Shown: positions 46,227-54,685 of the stretch, in pieces
Position numbering within the stretch: the first letter of the stretch is position 1
How the letters are laid out: each line of letters begins with the position of its first letter
Source of the DNA: an uncultured delta proteobacterium
GTDB taxonomy: Bacteria > Desulfobacterota > Binatia > Binatales > Binataceae
Direction: 5' to 3'
NCBI GenBank assembly: GCA_963810495.1
Contig: CAWENP010000027.1
Coordinates: 23,139 to 87,138, forward strand
Length of the DNA: 64,000 nt
The notes under the pieces: model-generated
The model's input: the letters and a program-made list of their open reading frames with translations, nothing else
Database searches by the model: none
Told to the model about the DNA's origin: nothing
Translations under genes and position numbers: made by a program

Positions 46227-47417
46227 ATGTCTGCACACGAGTTCTTTGCCGAAAGCCCCCGCGAAGCTGGCCTTGATCCGCAAAAGGTCGAGGCGCTCTT
46301 CGAGCGCGCCGCGCGCGAAGTCAACGAGGGGCTGCTGCCGTCATGCCAGATCGCGATCGCGCGCAATGGCAAGGTCGGCGCGATGCGCACCTTCGGACAC
46401 GCCGTGCAGGGCGGCGCCGACCGTCCCGCCACCAACGACACGCTCTACACTATCTTCTCCTGCACCAAGGCGATGGTATCAGCGGCGGCGTGGTTGCTGA
46501 TCGGCGAGGGCAATCTCGACGTGCGCGAGCGCGTGGCCGCTATCGTTCCCGAGTTCGGCACTAACGGCAAGGACGTGATCACGGTCGAACAACTGTTCCT
46601 GCACACCGCGGGCTTTCCCAACGCGCCGTATGCACAGAGCGAATGGAACGATCGCGCCAAACGGCTGGAGCGCTTTGCCAAATGGCGCCCGGAGTTTCCA
46701 CCGGGCAGCCGCTTTTTCTACCATCCGACCGCCGGCTTCTGGGTGATCGCCGAGATAATCGAGCGCCGCGCCGGGATGGACTTCCGCCAGTTCGTGCGCG
46801 AGCGTATCGCGCTGCCGCTCGGCTTGCCCGGGATGTACCTCGGACTTGCGCCGGAGCTCAATCATCGCGTCGCCGACCTCGTCTACCTCGGCGAGGCACT
46901 CTCGACCGAGGAGCTGCGCAAGCTGGGCTTCCCGCCGATGCCCGAGACGGAAGTGGTCGAGGAGATGATCCTGGGCTTCAATACGCCGGCGGTGCGCGAA
47001 GCGGGCGTGCCCGGCGGCGGCGGGATCATGACCGCAGCCGAGCTCGCGCTTTTTTACCAGGGCGTGATGCACAATCGCGGCAAGGACGGACGGCCGCTGT
47101 GGAAGCCGGAGACGCTCGCCGAGGCGCTGCGCCCGCGCTCCGGCGACTACACCGATCCGTATCTCGGCCACAAGGTCAACCGCGCGCTGGGCGTGGTGGT
47201 CGCCGGCGACGACGGCATGGCCAACTTCCGCGGCTTCGGCAAAACCAACTCGCCCGCGGCTTTCGGGCACGGCGGCGCGGGCGGGCAAATCGGATGGGCC
47301 GATCTGGCGAGCGGAATTTCGCTCGCTTACTGCACCAACGGCTTCGACCGCAACGAGATCCGGCAGGGCCGCCGCGGCGTCGCGATCTCCAGCCTCGCAG
47401 CGGTCTGCGCCGCCTAA
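46227..47417 (+). CDS. Serine hydrolase, beta-lactamase-related family
   Basis: SxxK (FSCTK), LHTAG, YHP, FGHGGAGG; RBS GAGGAG before ATG 46227. Confidence 0.88.
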   Translation: MSAHEFFAESPREAGLDPQKVEALFERAAREVNEGLLPSCQIAIARNGKVGAMRTFGHAVQGGADRPATNDTLYTIFSCTKAMVSAAAWLLIGEGNLDVRERVAAIVPEFGTNGKDVITVEQLFLHTAGFPNAPYAQSEWNDRAKRLERFAKWRPEFPPGSRFFYHPTAGFWVIAEIIERRAGMDFRQFVRERIALPLGLPGMYLGLAPELNHRVADLVYLGEALSTEELRKLGFPPMPETEVVEEMILGFNTPAVREAGVPGGGGIMTAAELALFYQGVMHNRGKDGRPLWKPETLAEALRPRSGDYTDPYLGHKVNRALGVVVAGDDGMANFRGFGKTNSPAAFGHGGAGGQIGWADLASGISLAYCTNGFDRNEIRQGRRGVAISSLAAVCAA

Positions 47418-47471
47418 GGCAGATGTGGGCGAGGGCTCACAGAGACGGTTGGCTCACTTCAGAAGTTTGGC

Positions 47472-48767
47472 TCACACCAGGAATGGATTGCTGAGCACGA
47501 TCGTCGCCTCTCGCGGCGCGCCCACACCGACCATCGCGAGCCGCACGCCCGCCAGCTCCTCGATTCGCTCCAGGTAGCGCCGCGCATTGGGCGGCAGGTC
47601 ACTCAACTCGCGCGCGCCGCTTAGGCTCTCGCTCCAGCCGGGCATCTCCTCGTACACCGGCCGCGCGCGATCCAGCGTGCCGCGCCCGGGCGGCATCTCG
47701 TCGTACCGCTCCGCGCCGAGTTGATACGCGACGCACATGCGCAGCGGATCGATCCCGGTAAGCACGTCGAGCTTGGTGAGTGCGAGCCCCCACATCCCGT
47801 TAAGCCGCACCGCGAGGCGCGCGAGCACCGCGTCGAACCATCCGATCCGCCGCGGCCGCCCGGTCGCGCTGCCGAACTCCTCGCCCTCGGCGCGCAGCCG
47901 GTTGGCGAGCGCACCTTTTATTTCCGACGGAAACGGCCCCCCGCCAACGCGCGTGGTGTAGGCCTTGCTGATGCCGAGCACCGCGTCGAGGCGGCCCGGA
48001 GCAAGCGGCGCGCCGGAAAAAACCGCGCTCGCGATGCAATTGGACGAGGTCACGAACGGATAGGTGCCGTGGTCGATGTCGAGCATCGTGCCATGCGCGC
48101 CCTCGAACAGCACGCGCTTGCCGGCGGCGACCGCCTCGGCCAGGTAGGCGCCGGTGTCGCACAGGTACGGCAGCATCCGGGCGCGCACGAGTTTCATCTG
48201 ATCGACGATCTCCGGGCCTTTGAGCGGTTTGGCCTTGAGCACGGCGCGCAGGTACACGTTCTTGTCGGCGATATTGCGCGTGAGCTTCTCGCGAAAGCGC
48301 GCGAAGTTGTTGAGCTCGTCGAAACGCAGCCCCACGCGCGCCATCTTGTCCTCGTAAGCCGGCCCGATGCCAAAGCCGGTGGTCCCGATCGCGCGGCGGC
48401 CGGCCCGCGCCTCGCGCGCGCGGTCGATCGCGCGATGGTACGGCATCACCATGTGCGCGTCGCAACTGAGCTTGAGCAGCGAGTCGTCGAGGAAGCGTCC
48501 GCGCGCGCGCAGCGCCGCGAGCTCCTCGGCCAGCGCAATCGGATCGACCACCGTGCCGTTGCCGATCACGCAGACCTTGCGCGGATGCAGCGCGCCGGCC
48601 GGGATCAGGCGCAGGATGAATTTTTCGCCGTCGACCACCAGCGTGTGCGCGGCGTTGTTGCCGCCCTGGAAGCGCACCACGACGTCGGCGTCGGCCGCCA
48701 GCATGTCGACGATCTTGCCCTTGCCCTCGTCACCCCATTGGGTGCCAACCACCGCCACTGTCTTCAT
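47472..48767 (-). CDS. purA: Adenylosuccinate synthetase with atypical active-site residues
   Basis: QWGDEGKGK, IGTTG.GIGPAYEDK, GTYPFVTSS, KAYTTRVG, GRPRR, TKLDVL. Confidence 0.92.
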   Translation of the reverse strand: MKTVAVVGTQWGDEGKGKIVDMLAADADVVVRFQGGNNAAHTLVVDGEKFILRLIPAGALHPRKVCVIGNGTVVDPIALAEELAALRARGRFLDDSLLKLSCDAHMVMPYHRAIDRAREARAGRRAIGTTGFGIGPAYEDKMARVGLRFDELNNFARFREKLTRNIADKNVYLRAVLKAKPLKGPEIVDQMKLVRARMLPYLCDTGAYLAEAVAAGKRVLFEGAHGTMLDIDHGTYPFVTSSNCIASAVFSGAPLAPGRLDAVLGISKAYTTRVGGGPFPSEIKGALANRLRAEGEEFGSATGRPRRIGWFDAVLARLAVRLNGMWGLALTKLDVLTGIDPLRMCVAYQLGAERYDEMPPGRGTLDRARPVYEEMPGWSESLSGARELSDLPPNARRYLERIEELAGVRLAMVGVGAPREATIVLSNPFLV

Positions 48768-48841
48768 CGCGTCACATCCGTGCGCGGCGATGCCGCGCGG
48801 CGCCTCGCTTCGGCCGCATCGGGAATCCGTGCGGGCCCATC

Positions 48842-50440
48842 CTAGAGTTTGAGCAGCGCGGCCGAGGTGATGGCCGGGATGGTCTTGAGGCGCTCGAGCA
48901 CCTCGGCCGGAACCGCGCCGTCGACCTCGACCAGGCTGAGCGCCATCCCGCCCGCGCGATCTCGTCCCAGTTCGAGCCCCGCGATATTGATCCCCGCCTG
49001 CCCGAGCATCGAGCCCACCGCGCCGACCACGCCCGGCACGTCGCGGTTGTGGAGCATCAGGAAGTAGCCCTCGGGCACCGCCTCGACCCGGTAGCCGTCG
49101 ATTCGGATGAGCCTGAGACCGCGGTTGCCGATCACTGCGCCGGCTACTTCGTGCGTGCCGCTCGGCGTGCGCACGCTCAGCGTGAGCGTGTTGATGTAGT
49201 CGGTGGTCTCGCGCGAGCGGCTCTCGGTCACGCCGATGCCGCGCTCGCGCGCGATGAAGGGCGCGCTGACGTAGTTGAAATCCTGGTCGAGAAAGCCGCT
49301 TAGCAGTCCCTTGAGCGCCGCTGCCGTGATCGGTTCGGCCTTGAGCCCCGCCGCCTCGCCTCCCAGGCCGACCGTGATCTGCACCGGGGGCTCGGCGATG
49401 AGCTGCGCGGCGAGGCGGCCCAGCCGCTCGGCCAGGCGCAGATGAGGTCCGAGCGTCTCGAGTTCCTTGGGCGAGAGCGCCGGCATGTTGACCGAATGGC
49501 TGATCGCGCCATTGATGAGAAATTCGGCGATCTGTTGCGCGATGTCGATCGCGACCTGGATTTGCGCCTCGTCGGTCGCCGCACCCAGATGCGGCGTCGC
49601 GATCACGTTGTCGAAGCGAAGCAGCGGATGATCTTTCGGCGGCGGCTCTTCGACGAACACGTCGAGCGCCGCGCCCGCGACCTTGCCCGACGCGAGCGCC
49701 TCGGCGAGCGCCTGCTCGTCGACGATTCCGCCGCGCGCGCAGTTGATGATCCGCACGCCCGGCTTCATCATCGCGAACGCCGCCGCGCCCACCAGCGATT
49801 TGGTGTCGCGGGTCAGCGGCGCGTGCGCCGTGATGAAATCGGCGCGCCGGTAAAGCTGCTCCAGCGTCACCATCTCGACCCCAATCCGCGCCGCCGCCTC
49901 GCCGGTCAGAATCGGGTCGTAGCCGATCACCTTCATCTTAAGCCCGAGCGCCCGCTCGGCCACGATGCGCCCGATGTTGCCCAACCCAATCACGCCGAGG
50001 GTCTTGTTGGAGACCTCGATGCCGATGAATTTGCTCCTATCCCATCGCCCCGCGCGCACCGCCGTGTTGGCCGCCGGAATATGCCGCGCCAGCGCCATCA
50101 TCATCGAGATCGCATGCTCGGCGGTGGTTACGCTGTTGCCGAGCGGACTGTTCATCACCACGATTCCGCGTCGCGTCGCCGCTTCGAGGTCGATATTGTC
50201 GACGCCCACGCCGGCGCGCCCGATCACGCGCAGCGAATCGGCGCGCTCGACGACCTCGCGCGTCACGTGCGTCGCGCTGCGCACGACCAGTCCGTGGTAG
50301 GGCGCGATTATGTCGGCCAGCTCGGCCGGCTTGAGCCCGGTCTTGACGTCGACCTTGAGCTGCGGATAGCGGCGGAACACCTCGACGCCCTGCGCATTGA
50401 GGGGGTCGCTCAGCAGAACGCGCAACGTCGTCTCCGCCAT
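48842..50440 (-). CDS. serA: D-3-phosphoglycerate dehydrogenase (long form with ACT domain)
   Basis: RAGVGVDNID, GLGNIG, NCARGG, TPHLGAAT, C-terminal NRDVPG..INIA ACT domain. Confidence 0.95.
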   Translation of the reverse strand: MAETTLRVLLSDPLNAQGVEVFRRYPQLKVDVKTGLKPAELADIIAPYHGLVVRSATHVTREVVERADSLRVIGRAGVGVDNIDLEAATRRGIVVMNSPLGNSVTTAEHAISMMMALARHIPAANTAVRAGRWDRSKFIGIEVSNKTLGVIGLGNIGRIVAERALGLKMKVIGYDPILTGEAAARIGVEMVTLEQLYRRADFITAHAPLTRDTKSLVGAAAFAMMKPGVRIINCARGGIVDEQALAEALASGKVAGAALDVFVEEPPPKDHPLLRFDNVIATPHLGAATDEAQIQVAIDIAQQIAEFLINGAISHSVNMPALSPKELETLGPHLRLAERLGRLAAQLIAEPPVQITVGLGGEAAGLKAEPITAAALKGLLSGFLDQDFNYVSAPFIARERGIGVTESRSRETTDYINTLTLSVRTPSGTHEVAGAVIGNRGLRLIRIDGYRVEAVPEGYFLMLHNRDVPGVVGAVGSMLGQAGINIAGLELGRDRAGGMALSLVEVDGAVPAEVLERLKTIPAITSAALLKL

Positions 50441-50449
50441 GGCGTTCGC

Positions 50450-51604
50450 TCAGGCTCCCGCCGCGATGCGGCGCGCGACCGCGGCCACGCCCGCGCCAGT
50501 CTCGAAGCGATGGCCGAGATGCGCGAGCGCCATCTCCAGCGCGCCGACCGCGATCAGCATGTCGAAGGGGCTCAGATATCCCATGTGACCGACGCGTATC
50601 AGCTTGCCTTTCATCTGATCCTGCCCGCCCTGCACCGACACGCCCAACTCGTCGCGCATGTAGCGCACGAGTTTCGATCCGTCGAGCCCGGCCGGGGTGA
50701 GAATTCCGGTCACGCCCGGCGCCGGATTATCCGGCGCGAGGAGATTCAGTCCCAGAGCTGGCGCGGCCGCGCGCGTCGCCTCGGCCATCATGCGATGGCG
50801 CGCGAAAACCTGCGGCAATCCTTCGGCGTGAATCATCTCGAGCGACTTGTTGAGCCCCAATACCAGCGAGACGGCCGCGGTCCAGGCCGTAGTATGCTCG
50901 TCGCGCTGGGCCTTGAGCTCGCGCATCAGATCGAAATAGTAGCGCGGCGTGCGCGAGCGTTGCGCACGCTCGAGCGCGCGCTCCGACAGCGCCACCATCG
51001 CGAGCCCCGGCGGCAGCATCAGCGCCTTCTGACTGCCGGTGACCAGCGCGTCGATGCCCCACTCGTCCATCTTCTGCTCGAACACGCCGACCGAGGTAAT
51101 CCCGTCGACGATCAGCATCGCGTCGCGGGCGCGCGTGATCGCGGCGACTTCGGCCACCGGATGAACCGCGCAGGTCGAGGTCTCGCTCGCCTGCATCAGC
51201 ACCGCGCGCGCATTGGGATTGGCGCGGAGCGCCTCTTCGACCTGCTCCGGGCGCGCCGCGCGGCCCCATTCGACGCGGATCTCATGGCCGGTAATCCCGT
51301 ACGCCGCGAGCAGCTTGCCCCAGCGCTCGCCAAACTTGCCCCCGTTGACGTAGACCGCGTGCTCGCCGGGCGCGAGCAGGTTGGTCACCGCCGCCTCCAT
51401 CGCGCCGGTGCCGCTGGCCGCGAGCAGGATCACCTCCTGACGCGTGCCGAACAGCGGGCGCATCCGCTCGCGCGCCTGGTCGAGCACGGCGCTGAACTCG
51501 GGTGTGCGATGATGAATCATCGGACGCGCCATCTCGAGCAGGACCTCGGGCGGAACCGGCGCGGGTCCGGGCGTGAACAGATATTTTTTTACCGAGTTTT
51601 TCAC
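50450..51604 (-). CDS. Class V PLP aminotransferase (serine-pyruvate/alanine-glyoxylate type; probable SerC surrogate)
   Basis: LFTPGP, HHRTPEF, SGTGAME, ETST, GSQKALMLPPG, RVGHMG; GTG start 51604; upstream of serA. Confidence 0.9.
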   Translation of the reverse strand: MKNSVKKYLFTPGPAPVPPEVLLEMARPMIHHRTPEFSAVLDQARERMRPLFGTRQEVILLAASGTGAMEAAVTNLLAPGEHAVYVNGGKFGERWGKLLAAYGITGHEIRVEWGRAARPEQVEEALRANPNARAVLMQASETSTCAVHPVAEVAAITRARDAMLIVDGITSVGVFEQKMDEWGIDALVTGSQKALMLPPGLAMVALSERALERAQRSRTPRYYFDLMRELKAQRDEHTTAWTAAVSLVLGLNKSLEMIHAEGLPQVFARHRMMAEATRAAAPALGLNLLAPDNPAPGVTGILTPAGLDGSKLVRYMRDELGVSVQGGQDQMKGKLIRVGHMGYLSPFDMLIAVGALEMALAHLGHRFETGAGVAAVARRIAAGA

Positions 51605-51638
51605 AACACTCGCCCCGCGCCTGCGACGGGCGGCGGCC

Positions 51639-51679
51639 AAAAAAAAGCCTGGTGCCCGCTCGTAAGCGAAGCGCCAGAC
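51639..51679 (-). terminator. Intrinsic terminator in the 5' leader of the aminotransferase-serA-purA operon
   Basis: Minus-strand imperfect stem GTCTGGCGCTTCGCT-TACG-AGCGGGCACCAGGC followed by T8, 35 nt before the start codon; TTGACA at 51744-51739 upstream. Confidence 0.7.
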
Positions 51680-51845
51680 CCCGAGATCGCCCGAGTGCAC
51701 CCGCGTCCCTTAAAACGGATAACCGAGCCCCCTGGCACTGTCAAGGCAGCGTCCGTTGCGACCACGCGATACCCGCCTGCCTTGGCGCGCGCACAACTGG
51801 CATTCGCGTTGAAAACCCGGCCGCGCCAGGGCTAAGAATTGATGG

Positions 51846-52901
51846 ATGCCGATTGAATACGAAGTTCGCGACGGCGCGCTGGTCTGGATCAAGAACCCGG
51901 TGACCGGCGTCATCTCCTACGTCGTCGACGTGCGCGGCAAGAGCTTCGCCTTCACGCTGGGCGGCCGCAGCGAACTCGACCCCGGCGCACCCACGCTCGG
52001 CGCCGCGGCGATCGCGCAGGCGCAGGCGACGTGCCCATTCTGTCCCGGTAACGAGGCGATGGCGCCGGCGGAAATTTCGCGCGTCACGCCCGCCGAGTTC
52101 CCGCAGTGGAAGGGCGACGAGACCGCCGGCGGCGCGGGCGCGGGCGCCGAGTGGGTGATGCGCGTGTTCAACAACCTCTTTCCACGCGTCCCGGCCGAGC
52201 TCACCGGCGGACGCAACGAGTCGTACATCGTGATTGAGGACCCGCGTCACTTCTCGAGCCTCCAGCCGCGCGCGGCCGGCGATTTGATGTGCACTGGCGC
52301 GCTCGGCGAGGAGCATTTCCTACGGCTCATCCAGACTGACGTCGCCGTCATGCGCCACGCGATGGAGAACCGCGCGGTGCGCTCGATCGTGATCCGCAAA
52401 AACCAGGGGCGCGAGTCCGGCGCTTCGCAGCCGCATCTCCATCAGCAACTCATCGGCGCGCCGTCGGCGCTGCCAGCGCTGGTGGCCGAGGCCGAGGCCG
52501 AACGGCGGACGCCGGGTCTGTGGGACGAGCTGCTCGAGCTGGTCGAACGGCTAGGGCTGCTGATCGAGCGGCGCGACGGCGTGGTCAGCTTCGCAAGCCC
52601 CGTCGGCGCGTTCCCGCGCAGCTACGACGTGATGATGCCGCGGTTTCGCGGCACGCTGAGGGAACTCGAGCCAGGGGCGTTGCGGCTTTTCGCACGCGCT
52701 ATATGCCGCATCCTGCGGGTATTGGGACCACTGCCGCTCGATTACGAAATTCACCAGGGCGAAGGCTTGCCGCTGCACGCGCATATCAACTCGCGGCTTT
52801 ATCCATACTCGGCCGTGGCGGGGACATTGAACTTGCCGAGCGTGCTGGTGCAGAACGTGGCGGCGCTGCGCCGCGCGCTCCAGCGGCACGAAGAGTTCTA
52901 G
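51846..52901 (+). CDS. GalT-like HIT-family nucleotidyltransferase
   Basis: CPFCPGNE, RVFNNLFP, KNQGRESGASQPHLHQQ (HxHxQ). Confidence 0.8.
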   Translation: MPIEYEVRDGALVWIKNPVTGVISYVVDVRGKSFAFTLGGRSELDPGAPTLGAAAIAQAQATCPFCPGNEAMAPAEISRVTPAEFPQWKGDETAGGAGAGAEWVMRVFNNLFPRVPAELTGGRNESYIVIEDPRHFSSLQPRAAGDLMCTGALGEEHFLRLIQTDVAVMRHAMENRAVRSIVIRKNQGRESGASQPHLHQQLIGAPSALPALVAEAEAERRTPGLWDELLELVERLGLLIERRDGVVSFASPVGAFPRSYDVMMPRFRGTLRELEPGALRLFARAICRILRVLGPLPLDYEIHQGEGLPLHAHINSRLYPYSAVAGTLNLPSVLVQNVAALRRALQRHEEF

Positions 52902-52931
52902 GGAACCAGGGGGACTCGATTCCGTCCGCAG

Positions 52932-53702
52932 TCACTCGGCGCGCCAGACGGGTTTGCGCTTTTCCAAAAACGCCCGGACGCCTTCCCTCGCGTCCTTGCT
53001 CGCGCGCACCATCCGTCCCATCTCCAAAATATCGTCGTGCCACGCGTCGTTGGCCTCGCTCATCGAGCGCCGCATGCTCTTCTTCATCGTGCGCAGCGAG
53101 AGCGGCGCGTTCGATGATACTTTTTCGGCCCACGCGACCGCGGCCGCGTCGAGCTTGTCGTTGGGCACGACCTCGTGCACCATCCCCATCGCGAGCGCGC
53201 GCGGAGCGGTGACCGCCTCGGCGGTATAGAGGATTTGCGCGGTGTTGGCCGCGCCGATGATCTCGATCAGCTTGCGGATGAAATCGTACGGCACCACCAG
53301 TCCCACGCGCGCGACGGTCATCCCGATTCGCGCGTCCTCGGCCGCGACGCGCAGATCGCAATGCAGCGCGAGTTCGCATCCGCCGGCCAGCGCGGCGCCC
53401 TGGACGGCGGCGATGGTCGGCACCGGAAGCTGTTCGAGGCGATGAAAAGTGCGCTCGATGCTGACCGGGGTATGCCCGCCCTCGAGACGATCGGCCTCGG
53501 CCAGATCGAGTCCGGCGGAGAAGCTCTTGCCGGCGCCGCGCAGGATGACGGCGCGGATTTCCTTGTCCTCTTCGATCGCGGCGAACGCCTTGTCCATCGC
53601 CGCGAGCAGCGCCTCGTTGAGCGAGTTGCGTTTCTCGGGGCGGTTGAGCGTGATGGTGGCGTAATTGGGATGGCGTTCGACCTTGAGAATATCCTCGGCC
53701 AT
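52932..53702 (-). CDS. Enoyl-CoA hydratase/isomerase family protein
   Basis: LNRPEKRNSL, FSAGLDL, GGCELALHCD, AFLEKRKP; start ATG 53702. Confidence 0.9.
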   Translation of the reverse strand: MAEDILKVERHPNYATITLNRPEKRNSLNEALLAAMDKAFAAIEEDKEIRAVILRGAGKSFSAGLDLAEADRLEGGHTPVSIERTFHRLEQLPVPTIAAVQGAALAGGCELALHCDLRVAAEDARIGMTVARVGLVVPYDFIRKLIEIIGAANTAQILYTAEAVTAPRALAMGMVHEVVPNDKLDAAAVAWAEKVSSNAPLSLRTMKKSMRRSMSEANDAWHDDILEMGRMVRASKDAREGVRAFLEKRKPVWRAE

Positions 53703-53839
53703 GAGAGCGACTCCTTGAGCTTGCGGAAACTCCTTCAGCTTGCGGATGATCCGGGCGTTTGCGGCCCGAGCATCGCACGACCGCGCCGCGCGCATCAAGG
53801 GTCGACGCGGCCGAGCCGCCGCCGCCGCGCGCTTACGCT

Positions 53840-54619
53840 CTACTCGCCCGACCACACGGGCTTGCGCTTCTCCAGGAAGGCGCGCACGCCCTCCTTGCCG
53901 TCGCGGCTGCTCAACACCGCCGCGCGCATCGCGTCGAGGTCCTTGTGCTCGGCGTTATAGGTATCGCTGAGGCAGCGCCGGATCGAGGCTTTCATGGCGC
54001 GCAAGGAGAGCGGCGCGTTGGCCGCGATCCGCTCGGCCATCGCATCGGCTTCGGTGGCGAGCCGCTCGTCAACCACCACACGGTCGACCAAACCGATCTC
54101 ATACGCGCGCTTGGCGCTGAGCGGCGCGGCGGTGAACATGATTTCCGCAGTGTGGGCCGGGCCGACCAGCGCCATGAACTTGCGGAAGATGAAATAGTCA
54201 GGCACGCGGCCGATTCGCGCCGGCGTCATCCCCAACCCCGCGTTCTCCGCCGCGACCCGCAGATCGCATAGCAGCGCCAGCACCAGTCCGCCGGTCAGCG
54301 TCGCGCCCTGCACGGCCGCGATAGTCGGGATCGGCAGCGCTTCGAGACGCCGGAAGACGTCCTGCGGGGTAACGCCCCATCGCGCGCCGCTCGCCTCGAT
54401 CTGCTCGAGTTCACGCAGATCGACCCCCGAGGAAAAGGCCGAGCCTTCGCCGCGCAGCACCATCGCACGGATGCTTTTGTCGGCCTCGATGGTCGCGAGC
54501 GCGTGGTCGAGCGCCTCGAACATCGCACGATTAAGCGCGTTGCGTTTCTCGGGACGGTTCAGCGTCAGCACTACGTGATTGGGACGGCGGTCGAATTTGA
54601 GGATGTCGCTCTCGGCCAT
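53840..54619 (-). CDS. Enoyl-CoA hydratase/isomerase family protein (tandem paralog)
   Basis: LNRPEKRNAL, FSSGVDL, AFLEKRKPVW; RBS AAGGAG before ATG 54619. Confidence 0.9.
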   Translation of the reverse strand: MAESDILKFDRRPNHVVLTLNRPEKRNALNRAMFEALDHALATIEADKSIRAMVLRGEGSAFSSGVDLRELEQIEASGARWGVTPQDVFRRLEALPIPTIAAVQGATLTGGLVLALLCDLRVAAENAGLGMTPARIGRVPDYFIFRKFMALVGPAHTAEIMFTAAPLSAKRAYEIGLVDRVVVDERLATEADAMAERIAANAPLSLRAMKASIRRCLSDTYNAEHKDLDAMRAAVLSSRDGKEGVRAFLEKRKPVWSGE

Positions 54620-54685
54620 CGCGGCTCGCTCCTTTAGAGAAATGATCGTCGCGGCCAAGCCGCGGCGCGAGGGTCATTGAAAAAA

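Noticed and set aside
46227-47417. True beta-lactamase resistance gene
   Set aside because: No signal peptide; YHP and GHGG motifs fit esterase-like family members
47472-48767. PurZ (Z-base synthesis)
   Set aside because: Catalytic Asp (GDEGKG) and TKLD are retained; housekeeping context with no phage genes
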